DNA of 64,000 nt, from NCBI GenBank assembly GCA_042576705.1, contig JBHPEY010000005.1:1786-65785 (forward strand), read 5' to 3'. Position numbers and translations under genes: made by a program. How positions within the stretch are numbered: position 1 is the stretch's first letter; every line of letters starts with the position of its first letter. Source of the stretch: Nanobdellota archaeon. GTDB lineage: Archaea; Nanobdellota; Nanobdellia; Woesearchaeales; UBA11576. Below the pieces are notes generated by a model. It was not told where the DNA came from. It was given only the letters and a program-made list of their open reading frames with translations, and searched no databases. Of this stretch, positions 1 to 9,854 are shown in pieces.

Positions 1-964
1 TGAGGTCTATATCCAATGGTACTGTCACACGAGGGCTGTGGAACCGCGCCCTGTCCTCACATTCAACATAGAAGGTGTGACTTGCCTTGAGCGGCACTCC
101 TGGAAAGACTATGTCATCTGAGGCGGCCTTCTCGTAGGCGTAGAAATCATCCTGATCGTAACCTGTAAAAGCGACCATATCCCAGTAGGTTGTGTTGTCC
201 GCTTCTATGTACCTGCATATCACGGGCTCGGAGGCCTTGACAGTCAATGTGGAAAATATCGCCCCTGAAAGAGGAAACTCCACCAGAGGAGACGGGTCGA
301 AAGTGGCAGACTCTATCTTTGGAGGAGTGGTGTCTGCAAATATCCTGAAGTTGTTGAAGTTCTCCCTCTCGAGATCATCCTTGCATGCAACGACCAATAT
401 CCTGAAACCCAACGGGTTGTCAGGGTCGACCTCATAATCAAATATCTTGTGGATCATCTGGAGGTCTTCAGCAGATGCATCTCCTGTCGAATCAAAATAC
501 TTCAGGCGGATATCATCAAAAGATCCCACTGAAACACCAGTATACTTGCACTCGCAGGGCCTCGATGTCTTGACTGCCACTGTAAACTCTGTCGAATTGC
601 CGACCCCGATGCTGTTCGGCTCCAGCAGCTCGATGGTTGTCGACGGGATGAACACGTCGAAGGAATAGATGTATTTGTTGGGATTCCCGACCAGGTCAGA
701 GGCGTGTATCACCAGGTCATGCCTTCCGTTGAGAAGGGCCTTTGAAGGCACGAACACAAATGTCTTATCGTCAATCTGTGAGCTCAAATCCACAGGTATG
801 ATCCTGCCAGTCTCAACCTCTTCTATGACATAGCTTATCAGCACAACCTTCTCCTGGAATGCCGCGGTTATCTGGGGCTTGACCTCATTGACAGTCTCAA
901 TAGCCAGACAGAACGAACTTAACAATATGAATGCAATTATTGGTAATGCAATTATTGACCTCAT
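1..964 (-). CDS. Secreted Ig-like-repeat surface protein, N-terminal part (gene runs off the left edge)
   Basis: Absent from the ORF track because it is truncated. My translation of the minus strand from ATG 964-962 gives MRSIIALPIIAFILLSSFCLAIETVNEV... (signal-peptide-like) and stays open to the window edge. It carries the same domain-boundary motifs as the giant gene upstream (HASDLVGNPN; ADTTPPKIES). Its start overlaps the upstream stop (ATGA at 961-964). Confidence 0.6.
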   Translation of the reverse strand, partial: MRSIIALPIIAFILLSSFCLAIETVNEVKPQITAAFQEKVVLISYVIEEVETGRIIPVDLSSQIDDKTFVFVPSKALLNGRHDLVIHASDLVGNPNKYIYSFDVFIPSTTIELLEPNSIGVGNSTEFTVAVKTSRPCECKYTGVSVGSFDDIRLKYFDSTGDASAEDLQMIHKIFDYEVDPDNPLGFRILVVACKDDLERENFNNFRIFADTTPPKIESATFDPSPLVEFPLSGAIFSTLTVKASEPVICRYIEADNTTYWDMVAFTGYDQDDFYAYEKAASDDIVFPGVPLKASHTFYVECEDRARFHSPRVTVPLDIDL

Positions 965-3900
965 TGTGTCGGGATATTCCCATTTTCTATGAGTGAGGGA
1001 GGAAGGCATTTAGTCCAGTCTTCCCCAAGACAAAACAGCGGACCTGATGGTGGCGTGATGTCGGTTATCACCTGAAGGTCCCTCCGGCTTATGTGCCCGG
1101 CAATATCGCTTGCAAAAATACTCATGTTGTTGATATGATTTATCAGCATGTGTGAATAGACAATCGGCGACAGTGCGAGACCGCCCACAGAAGGATCAGG
1201 CAGCTTCACACTCACTGTGAAGGCATCCGGCTTCCCATCTACATAGGTTATGTTCGCAAGCTTCTTATCATTAGCGACTCCTGTGGTCTCGTTGAAATCT
1301 CCAGGATACACCCAGACCCTGTCTATATCATCGTCAATCAGGGTCCCTGAAACCACAACGCTCGGATACGACGTGAACAGCTCTGTCCCTATCTCGACAG
1401 TGTTTGATATGCCGATGGTCAGGTTCGCTATCCTGGGAGCGGTCAGGTCGATATAAACAGGAATAGTCACAGATCTCTTGTTGCCTGCGAAGTCTGAAAG
1501 GGTCACCTTCATGGAGGTGTTCCCCTCATCAACCTTCTTATAGTCGGGCACGTTCCACACAAAGTAATATAATTGTTCCTGGCCTGAGGTGTAAAGCGGC
1601 TTGTAATGCTGGCCCAGCACCTCTAGATCAGCATACAATGAATGCCTCTCATTCTTCACCCATGCAAAGAGTGTCAGGTTTATGTTATCCATGAACCTCG
1701 TCTGGAACGCGAGCGTGTAGTCAGGCGCCTGGTCGTCCACCGTGAACTTGAACGGGCCATATGTGCCGGTGTTCGACTGTGTCTTGTCGTCCAGTATCTT
1801 GTATGCCTTTATGATGACCCCATAATCCATCCAGGCCATCCCGCCCGTGGTCTTTGGCGTGGCAAACTTGCAATAGAAAATGTTGTATTCAGTCTCTGTG
1901 CAGTCTGCGGCCTCACCTTCTGTAGGGGTAGACTCCATGATAATATCAACCAGAGTCACGTCATTCGGCTCTGCGCTGAAATCCACTATGAAATCAGGCG
2001 ATTTCGTGACATACCACCTATCGTCGCCAGGTGGACCTGAGAACCCACCTATCAGCTCGAAATATGGATTCGCAGGCACGTTCCTGTCTATATTAAAGGT
2101 CCAGTGGGATGATGTAGAGTCCTCATTAAATGGGTTCAATGCAAGGTCTGTCCCCTCAACCGCAATATTGTAATCACCATCATCAAGATTATCCACTGAA
2201 TGGTATATCTTATGGTACCGGGAGTTAGGATCAAGAGCTTCATACTCTCTTGCCCGTTCTATAGAGTAGGTGACGGCATGCCCGTTCATGAGGAAATCCA
2301 CTGAATTGTTGAACAGGCCGGACTCCCCTGTACCCTCCTTGACGATAACGGATATGTCAAACGTCACCTGTGAAGTCGAGCCATCCAAAGGATAATGATT
2401 CACCACCTGCGGAGAGACAGTATCGGCGAAGAATGTCAGATACGACGGAACGGTATTTATCCTCGGGTAACGCACCCTGTTCCCCACCTCATCGTAGGAC
2501 TTCATGTAGAATGTCGTGTTCTTGAACATCGCAAGCGACAGGTTAAAACCGAACCAGTATGTCGGGTTAACCGTGTCATAGAAGAATACGCTCTTGTCAT
2601 TCACACCATCTTCCAGACCAGAATCAATGGCCACAGAAGTGAACTCTTCTGCAGAGTCATACGCGAGACCCGTGACATCATAGAACATGCCATAACTGCC
2701 ATAGGTCTCCTTGGGCCCCATCGTGGTCTGTTCAGTGTTGAATCCTATGTACATGCCCGAATCCACATAGGTCTGCAGGTTGCCTATTATCCTCACCTCA
2801 TCGTCCCACTTGAGGCCTGCAAGGACCGTGTCCTCATGCTCCATCGATGTCGGTGTCTGCATGAATGTATATTCAGAGTCCTTGTCATCAATAGTGGTCA
2901 CTGCAATGACATCCAGCAATTCCTCAGTATATCCTGTCAAGAATATGCTGTCTCCACGGACATAATACGTGCCGTTATGGTAATGGACAGGGTATCCCAA
3001 CGCCTGAAACTCAGACTGCTCCTTGGACGGGTCCTCGAGGCTCGGCTCAAGCACCGGAGCTGCAGGGGGCTTGGTGTCAAGCACTATTGTCATCGATCCT
3101 GTCCCTGTAACATTATGATAATCAATCCCCTCGGCAGTGAATGTCAGCAGGCCCTCAAATCCCCTGTTGGCGTTTATGTTCTCCATAAAGAACATGCCCT
3201 CCCAGACAGACGGGTCTGTGGTCGGCAGCAATTCCACTGCATTGCTGAACTTCGAAGGAGAAGAACTGTATATCAATGAAGGCTCATCCAGGGCAGGGCT
3301 TATGAAAGGCTTATCAGATGACACCCTTACCTTGTACATGACATTCAGGACAACAAAGCCTGCTGTCGTGCTTCCATCCAACAGCTCGATGGTTATGTTA
3401 GGGGGGACCTTATCGATCTGGAAAAGCTCATTCTCGACAGGCACCTCTGCATTATCTCCAATATCCTTGGAGAAATAAGTCAGGTGCGTGGTCTCATCAA
3501 GGCCGATATAATTCCCGTATTCCTCCCATAACAGACCGCTGGAGCAATCCTCTCCCTCGCAATAATGCGATGAACTGCATCCGAAACTCCAATCCCTTCC
3601 GAGCCCCTCCAGTGCAGGGTCCCCGCAATGCAGATGCACTGCTATGTCCCTGTTGTACCAGCCATTGTATGGGCTAGCATCAACACTGTGCATGGTCACG
3701 GGCGGCTCCTGATCGATCGCAAAGATTATCTGGTCTGCGGAATTCCCCCTGATCTTTCCCGTCTCAACATCAGCAAATATTTTGCACTTCACATAATACC
3801 TGTGGAAGCCATGACCAAGGGTCACATCTGAGCTGTGATGGGTCATGGGGGCGGTCTCTGCTCCTGTCGTGCTGAACAGGGTCATGGAATCGAAGATGCC

Positions 3901-6900
3901 CGCATTGAAGGTCACGTTATCCCAGAATCTTGGATCATCTGAGGGTGAGTAGAGATATCGACACTCTCCGTTCAGACCTGTATCCACGCTGATCGTTATT
4001 GTCGATGAGTTGAACGTGTCCATCGGCTGCGGATTTGTCACAGACATGTCGCCCTCTATCTTCAGCAATATCTCTCCTTCAGCCACGTTCCCTACACTGT
4101 CTAAGCAACGATACCTGAATGAGTAGATATTGTCAGGCATGCCGGTATAATTCAGCACCCATGAGTTGTTGTACTCATTCTTCACGTCCTGTGAAGGATA
4201 TATATGAGAGTCTGCGAGATACATCTCTGCGCTGCACACTGCGTTCGGCTCATCCTCTTCATACATCTGGAATATACCCATGGTCAATGTCAGGTTGGTC
4301 CTCCACACATCCTCAGCGCGTTCATAGGATATGTTAGCGAACTCGAATGTGACATTAGGGGGGTCAGCATCCAGGTATACCCTGAAGTCCCTGACCTCCT
4401 CCAGGTTGTGGGAGACGTCCTCAGAATAGTACCGTATCCAGTGCCATCCTGACTGGGCACCTTCGCTTATGTCATAATCGACATTGAAAAATATGTTGGA
4501 GTTGTTGATCTTGTTTCCCTCACTGTGGCTGACAAAATCTGCTGTGCCATTCGGGTAGCAAGACATCCCATCCTTTGCGATACAAGCGAATGTTGTGGGG
4601 TAATAAGTCTCAGCATACTCGGTTGACCTGTCATTCACAGTAGCCATGATAGTGAAGTTAGCGGCAATCCTCTGGGGATCTGTTTCATTTGCATAATGAG
4701 AAATCAATGTCACTGGATTGGTTATGTCCTTCATGCAATCCATAGCAACCGGTATAGCTTCGCTCCACCCATTATAACAGTCTGCTGACTGTATCATGTT
4801 TACCTGTTGGTTTGCAGGTGTGTTAACCCCAACGGTCTCTATGACAGGCGCGTCATCAGAGTTCTTGAAACACCTTGCGGAAAATCCCTGTATTGTGGTG
4901 CTAGACCCCTCCTCATCAAACGTAGTGGTATGGGTCTGCGAAAGCGACCCCCACTGGCATTTGCCGAAGCCGAAGAAATCATCGCTCTCCTGCACTATGC
5001 TGTTTGTATCACCTGTCCTCATGAAAACCTCGGGGTCTGTATTCCATAAGACATCTGCTGCGAATTGCGTGCTGGTCGATCCCTCCTTGGAGAAGGGGCT
5101 GTCAGAGGCTATGCAATCCTTCTCTTCATCGTAATTCTGGCACGAGACCTCTATCTCATGGGTGCACCTGTAGAAATGAGTGTTACCCTCCTGCTGGGCC
5201 CTTTTTGGGTCTGTGATGAGCACATTGGCAAGCTCGGGAAATAGGTCAGACTCCCCTGGAAGGCTTGCCTTGTCAAAATAACACCGACCATAAAGCATGC
5301 AGCTGTTCTTGCTGCACCTGCCGAATATCTCGTTCTCGGGATCGTGGCAGCGGCCACATTCCTGCTGCTCTGTTAGGTTGGTCCTGCAGACACCTATACC
5401 TAATTCAGCGAAATCAGAATGAGGGATCCACTCGCAATGATGGTCTGTCGCATTGAACTTCCTGCATGCCTCCTGGGAATGGAAATCATAACATGTCGAT
5501 TCCTCTGACATGGTATAGAACTTGTTCACATTGGTGTATGTGTAATCCAGGTAACAGGCGGGCAGATCTGCGCAGTTGATGTAACCTTCCCTTGTCTGTT
5601 TTGCCTGATCTGATGGCGGTGCGCTAGGCGCCCTGCCGAAATCATTAAGTCCCAGAAGATTATAAGCGTCCCGGCCCCAGGCGTAGCCGTTCGTGCTCGA
5701 GGCACCGAATATCCCGAAAGGATTGTTGCAGTACTGACAGATGGACTTTGCCACGCATTGTGTCTTTCCAGCCAATGCAGCATCCCCACTTCCGTAGGGG
5801 CCTACACACATAAATTCCATATTATTATTATCAATATTGCAGTCGACCTGGAATACGCTTGTCACATCCACAACCAAGTTGTCCTCACTGCAGGTCGAAC
5901 GCACATTTCCATAGCAGAACTCCTCTGCCCAGGGATAGTGCTCATTGAAATCAAAACATCCTTCATTGCCTGCGCGTACACAATGGATGCTCGCGTCCCA
6001 ATCCTCCTGCTGAACAGTATCAGGAGGGTGTATCAACTCGCTATATATCCCTTCCACCTTATAGCAGTAGTACCTATCTGACCCGGTTGGGCTGCCCTCG
6101 AATTCAGTGTCTACAAAACTGTTGACAACACCCAGCGGCGCTGCATTCAAAGGGATATACACTGAATCTTCATCATCGGGATCGCATCCTGTGCCTTCAA
6201 TATCATCTGTAGTGCACCTCAGAACATTGTATGCCTGGGCGTTCTCATTGACGCACTCATCAGTCCAGTTTATCTCTATCTCGCGCCTGAAAGACACGCC
6301 TTTGACAGGGGCCACAACCGGTCCCGGAGGGAGTTCATTGCATGTGGTCGGGCAGGTGCACCCTACCCTGCCATCGTAGGCAATACTGTATGCTGTATCG
6401 TAAGCCGTGTAATCATTACCGTGCTCGCTACCGCCCGGGCCTATGTAGAACGGTGCACTTCCTGGCTCCAGTTTAGGGATTGCACATCTGTCTTTTGTGC
6501 AGCCGTACTTCCGGTACTTCCAGAGATCGCCCCAGTCAGCCGCGTTTGCGGTGACTATGCCGTCACAATCCTCATCCCCTTCAAGGATGTTGTTCCCGCA
6601 AATTCCTGGGCCCACAGGACAAGTGCAGTCAGGTGAGCACCCCTCACAATTGCCTGATGCTGCATCGGCTACCACCCCATCAATAAGCGCGCCTCCTGGA
6701 TCACATCCCTCGGGAGCATTGACCTGCCCATCACCGCATATCTGGGGCGGGAGACACTTGCAGGGTTTCAGATCATCAGGCTTGCCGCATTCATTGATGG
6801 AACACTCTGATGAGGGATTGAAATTCGCAGGGTCCCATATGTTCTGCACGTTCAGGAACATGCCGTCACAATCCTCCAGCGGGGCGTCAATCACACCATT

Positions 6901-8160
6901 GCCGCAGCCTGGAGTGTACTTGCAGGTGCATTCCTTGGTCTCGCCAGGCTCTATGCAATTTCCAGGACAGAGAGAATCATTGCCTATTATGTTCCCGCTC
7001 TCGTCTCTTTTCGGAAGACCTGTCTCATCATAGTAATCACACTGCTCATACACGCCTTCTGCATTCGGAAACTGTATCACTGCATCACCGCAATAGGTGT
7101 CCTGGCATGCGGGGCTGCCGGGATCTGTGATAGGGTCTGTGCCTATACACTCCACATCATTACAATCAAGAAACCCGTCACAGTCATTATCAAAATTATC
7201 AGAGCACTTGTCCAGGTCCTGGCCGGCGTCAAACTCCACAGGCCGGTAATATGTCAATGTAACTGTCTTCAGCAATCCCTGTCTTGTCGTGTAAATATGG
7301 TTGCAATCAGGGTCGCACTTGTCGGCAAGATCGCTCTCCCAGAAGAACTGATCACCATCATCATCCCTGTTATTGCCGCATATCTCAGCCCCTTCCGGCG
7401 GAGTGACAGGTATGTCGAGGATTATCACAAACTCTGTAATATCCTCCCCGTCGATTGTGTAGGAAGCTGAATTTATGATATTGTTCTTCATCACCGTGAC
7501 AGTGCCTGAAGATTGGTCAGGAAGAAGACTTATGGTGAATCTCCCCTCGCTGTCGGTGATAGCATTCTTTGGTCCAGCGCTCACATCCACTCCCTCGATG
7601 CCCCAGCCGTCAGGAGACTTGACTGTCCCATGGATGCTGAAGAAGGTCGTAGCCCTACAGCTAGGGCTGGAAGTGCAGGCGCCGAATGTGGGAAATACTG
7701 ACTGGTCCTTGGAACAGCAGTATTTTGAGGTTGATGATGTCAATGCTGAACCGCACAGGCAATTCGCGGAGTTCTCCTGCTCACAATTCACATATGGGCA
7801 GGAAGGCTTGGCACCTGCACATATCTGGTTGGCGATAGAAGCATCATCAGCAGGATTCATGTCGAATGGTTTTATGTAGATGGGTTGGATGTCGCCCTCC
7901 ATTCCAACACAGGTAATACGATAGTTGGCCTTCGGCATCTCTGGTATCTCATGACAGCAAGCGACTATATCACACGCCTGGATCTCCTCACAGGGCTTCA
8001 TCTCGAAATCCTGCAGTTCAGAACACGCGGATTCAAAAAAGACGCCGTCTGTGCAGCCGATGGAACCCACACAACAGCCTGCTGACAAGACTTCAGAAGA
8101 TAGCATTACAATAAGAATGACTAGTAAAATCGCTACCAAAAACCTCTTTTTTACCATCAA
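961..8160 (-). CDS. Giant (about 2399 aa) secreted Cys-rich / Ig-like-repeat adhesin-like protein
   Basis: Uninterrupted 7.2-kb ORF. The track start is TTG 8160; ATG at 8157 is more likely. N-terminus MVKKRFLVAILLVILIVMLSSEVLSA looks like a signal peptide. The N-terminal ~950 aa are very Cys-rich, with four CG[DN][GN]x(6-12)CD repeats (YCGDAVIQF..EQCD, GCGNGVIDAPLEDCDG, ICGDGQVNAPEGCDPG, ICGNNILEGDEDCDG) and DNDCDG motifs. The C-terminal ~1450 aa have at least 9 'D-x-x-[PA]-P' domain starts, each preceded by 'D-x-x-G-N' (LDSVGNV, SDFAGNK, SYDEVGN), as in SbsA/Big-type Ig-like domains. Confidence 0.8.
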   Translation of the reverse strand: MMVKKRFLVAILLVILIVMLSSEVLSAGCCVGSIGCTDGVFFESACSELQDFEMKPCEEIQACDIVACCHEIPEMPKANYRITCVGMEGDIQPIYIKPFDMNPADDASIANQICAGAKPSCPYVNCEQENSANCLCGSALTSSTSKYCCSKDQSVFPTFGACTSSPSCRATTFFSIHGTVKSPDGWGIEGVDVSAGPKNAITDSEGRFTISLLPDQSSGTVTVMKNNIINSASYTIDGEDITEFVIILDIPVTPPEGAEICGNNRDDDGDQFFWESDLADKCDPDCNHIYTTRQGLLKTVTLTYYRPVEFDAGQDLDKCSDNFDNDCDGFLDCNDVECIGTDPITDPGSPACQDTYCGDAVIQFPNAEGVYEQCDYYDETGLPKRDESGNIIGNDSLCPGNCIEPGETKECTCKYTPGCGNGVIDAPLEDCDGMFLNVQNIWDPANFNPSSECSINECGKPDDLKPCKCLPPQICGDGQVNAPEGCDPGGALIDGVVADAASGNCEGCSPDCTCPVGPGICGNNILEGDEDCDGIVTANAADWGDLWKYRKYGCTKDRCAIPKLEPGSAPFYIGPGGSEHGNDYTAYDTAYSIAYDGRVGCTCPTTCNELPPGPVVAPVKGVSFRREIEINWTDECVNENAQAYNVLRCTTDDIEGTGCDPDDEDSVYIPLNAAPLGVVNSFVDTEFEGSPTGSDRYYCYKVEGIYSELIHPPDTVQQEDWDASIHCVRAGNEGCFDFNEHYPWAEEFCYGNVRSTCSEDNLVVDVTSVFQVDCNIDNNNMEFMCVGPYGSGDAALAGKTQCVAKSICQYCNNPFGIFGASSTNGYAWGRDAYNLLGLNDFGRAPSAPPSDQAKQTREGYINCADLPACYLDYTYTNVNKFYTMSEESTCYDFHSQEACRKFNATDHHCEWIPHSDFAELGIGVCRTNLTEQQECGRCHDPENEIFGRCSKNSCMLYGRCYFDKASLPGESDLFPELANVLITDPKRAQQEGNTHFYRCTHEIEVSCQNYDEEKDCIASDSPFSKEGSTSTQFAADVLWNTDPEVFMRTGDTNSIVQESDDFFGFGKCQWGSLSQTHTTTFDEEGSSTTIQGFSARCFKNSDDAPVIETVGVNTPANQQVNMIQSADCYNGWSEAIPVAMDCMKDITNPVTLISHYANETDPQRIAANFTIMATVNDRSTEYAETYYPTTFACIAKDGMSCYPNGTADFVSHSEGNKINNSNIFFNVDYDISEGAQSGWHWIRYYSEDVSHNLEEVRDFRVYLDADPPNVTFEFANISYERAEDVWRTNLTLTMGIFQMYEEDEPNAVCSAEMYLADSHIYPSQDVKNEYNNSWVLNYTGMPDNIYSFRYRCLDSVGNVAEGEILLKIEGDMSVTNPQPMDTFNSSTITISVDTGLNGECRYLYSPSDDPRFWDNVTFNAGIFDSMTLFSTTGAETAPMTHHSSDVTLGHGFHRYYVKCKIFADVETGKIRGNSADQIIFAIDQEPPVTMHSVDASPYNGWYNRDIAVHLHCGDPALEGLGRDWSFGCSSSHYCEGEDCSSGLLWEEYGNYIGLDETTHLTYFSKDIGDNAEVPVENELFQIDKVPPNITIELLDGSTTAGFVVLNVMYKVRVSSDKPFISPALDEPSLIYSSSPSKFSNAVELLPTTDPSVWEGMFFMENINANRGFEGLLTFTAEGIDYHNVTGTGSMTIVLDTKPPAAPVLEPSLEDPSKEQSEFQALGYPVHYHNGTYYVRGDSIFLTGYTEELLDVIAVTTIDDKDSEYTFMQTPTSMEHEDTVLAGLKWDDEVRIIGNLQTYVDSGMYIGFNTEQTTMGPKETYGSYGMFYDVTGLAYDSAEEFTSVAIDSGLEDGVNDKSVFFYDTVNPTYWFGFNLSLAMFKNTTFYMKSYDEVGNRVRYPRINTVPSYLTFFADTVSPQVVNHYPLDGSTSQVTFDISVIVKEGTGESGLFNNSVDFLMNGHAVTYSIERAREYEALDPNSRYHKIYHSVDNLDDGDYNIAVEGTDLALNPFNEDSTSSHWTFNIDRNVPANPYFELIGGFSGPPGDDRWYVTKSPDFIVDFSAEPNDVTLVDIIMESTPTEGEAADCTETEYNIFYCKFATPKTTGGMAWMDYGVIIKAYKILDDKTQSNTGTYGPFKFTVDDQAPDYTLAFQTRFMDNINLTLFAWVKNERHSLYADLEVLGQHYKPLYTSGQEQLYYFVWNVPDYKKVDEGNTSMKVTLSDFAGNKRSVTIPVYIDLTAPRIANLTIGISNTVEIGTELFTSYPSVVVSGTLIDDDIDRVWVYPGDFNETTGVANDKKLANITYVDGKPDAFTVSVKLPDPSVGGLALSPIVYSHMLINHINNMSIFASDIAGHISRRDLQVITDITPPSGPLFCLGEDWTKCLPPSLIENGNIPTQ

Positions 8161-8331
8161 TCCACCACTCTTTCCGAAGCCTGAAATGCCGCATAAAGCA
8201 GTCTCAAGCTGTTCCTCTGCTAACTGCAGTTCAAGGAAGCTGAAGACTTTTCCATTTAAAAAGGTTTTGCTTTTTTACGGCTGAAAACAGCTGAACTCAA
8301 GCAGATAGAGCAGGAACGGCGCTGCAAAAAG

Positions 8332-8339
8332 TATATAAA
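8332..8339 (+). promoter_or_regulatory. TATA-like box (TATATAAA) upstream of the 8355/8376 gene
   Basis: TATATAAA lies 16-23 nt upstream of ATG 8355. A strong SD-like GAGGTGG (8366-8372) precedes the second ATG at 8376, which may be the true start. Confidence 0.4.
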
Positions 8340-8354
8340 CGCAATACTGCTGTT

Positions 8355-9827
8355 ATGCAACGAAAGAGGTGGAATATGAAGGACATAGTCCGAAAATTAG
8401 AGATAGGCCTTGAAGAGCTGCTGCTCGTATTTCTCATCATCATAGAGGCCATGGATTTCTTCACCATAATCCACCCGGTGCTGGAGTATGTCGAAAAGGT
8501 CCTCGCAATCATAGCCATGTGCTACCTGTTCTACAAGGCAAGCATAACAAGGATAACTTTCGGGCGGCGCGAGAAAAGCTTTGACCTGATGATCGTTGTC
8601 GCTTACTGCCTGCTCTCACTCAAGACACTGATAGGTTTTGTCATATCTGCCGCAGAAGAGAAGACTGCGATGAGCGGGTTCTACTCACTCGTACTCGATA
8701 ATGCAGGGACAATAGAAGAGGTCGGGTTCTGGATAGGGGGGCTGCTCATCATCGCACTGGCTGCGTTCCTCATACATGAGAAGATAAAGAAGCCATGCAT
8801 AATGCAGATAATACAGGAGAGCAGGAAGGCAAGGGGTGCCTGGCAGAACATCGTGCACTTCCTCAGCATATACCTTGTGCTGATGTCAATATTCGTCGTC
8901 ATATTCTCATTCGCAATAGAATGGCTTGCACTGACTGTCGATGCCCCCATCATGATGATCATCCTCTTCTTCTATCTTTTTGTGATAGTGAAACGTGGGA
9001 AAGGCATGAAGACAGAGTCATTCCTGACAAAGATCGCGGAAACCAGCGAAGGTTTCTATGAGAGATTCGTCTCGCTCTTCCATTCGCGCAGCACGATCGC
9101 CACAGCCATAACCGGCCTGCTCGTGCTGCATCTTCTCGTCGACATAGGACACTTCATCATACCATATACAACAGGGCTGATGTATCCCTGGTACTTTGCA
9201 CAGATGGGCGCAGGGCATGACCCGCTCAGTTTCCACATGCTCAATGACTTCGCGAATGCCGGGACTGTCCTTCCGCAGATAGGTGTCCTGTTCATCTACA
9301 CACTCAACATCCTTGCAATCCTTATGCTCTTCTTCGGACCAGCATATGCATGGTATTTCTTCTACAAGAAAAAAAGGGTCGACATCCCTCCTGTGCTGTG
9401 GCTCTTCTTCGGGAGCATGGCAGTCTTCATCATGGAGCCGGTGTTGCGCATGGGAAGGATGAACCAGCCCAACCTGCTCGGGGTCGACATCACCACCCAA
9501 AGCATACCTATCCTCCAGAACATACTTGGCGTGCTGCTCATCTCCGCACTCATAATGGGGATATTCTACATCCTCGGAAGAAAGAATCTCCGAAACACAA
9601 CCCGGCTCGCCTTCATCATGGTGTTCTTCTATTTCGGGATGTACCTGTACCATTTCTTCGTCGACATAATCAAGTTCTATCTCATCTTCTCTGTCACTGT
9701 GATGCTTCAGGCGCACCAATACTTCATGGCAGCGCACATCTTCATATTCTTCGTGATAAAGACAATGTTCTATGTCTGCGGGTACCTGATGTTCCTCTGG
9801 AAGGGATACTTCAAGCAGAGGATATGA
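8355..9827 (+). CDS. Polytopic integral membrane protein, unknown function (about 12 predicted TM segments)
   Basis: 490-aa ORF, almost entirely hydrophobic helices separated by short K/R-rich loops. No catalytic motif recognised. Divergent from the giant gene. ATG 8376 (MKDIVRKLE...) is preceded by GAGGTGG. Confidence 0.6.
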   Translation: MQRKRWNMKDIVRKLEIGLEELLLVFLIIIEAMDFFTIIHPVLEYVEKVLAIIAMCYLFYKASITRITFGRREKSFDLMIVVAYCLLSLKTLIGFVISAAEEKTAMSGFYSLVLDNAGTIEEVGFWIGGLLIIALAAFLIHEKIKKPCIMQIIQESRKARGAWQNIVHFLSIYLVLMSIFVVIFSFAIEWLALTVDAPIMMIILFFYLFVIVKRGKGMKTESFLTKIAETSEGFYERFVSLFHSRSTIATAITGLLVLHLLVDIGHFIIPYTTGLMYPWYFAQMGAGHDPLSFHMLNDFANAGTVLPQIGVLFIYTLNILAILMLFFGPAYAWYFFYKKKRVDIPPVLWLFFGSMAVFIMEPVLRMGRMNQPNLLGVDITTQSIPILQNILGVLLISALIMGIFYILGRKNLRNTTRLAFIMVFFYFGMYLYHFFVDIIKFYLIFSVTVMLQAHQYFMAAHIFIFFVIKTMFYVCGYLMFLWKGYFKQRI

Positions 9828-9854
9828 ACAAAGAACTTATGGTGTCAAGAAGAC

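Noticed and set aside
2395-3279. 294-aa plus-strand ORF, and many other 60-130-aa plus-strand ORFs, inside the giant gene 961-8160
   Set aside because: They are antisense to a 7.2-kb uninterrupted ORF with clear domain structure. Their translations are low-complexity (R/H/L-rich) with no motifs. They are typical shadow ORFs.
9018-9737. 239-aa minus-strand ORF antisense to the membrane protein gene 8355-9827
   Set aside because: The translation is E/D/H-rich low complexity, mirroring the hydrophobic codons of the sense strand. The sense ORF has coherent TM helices and a promoter/SD.
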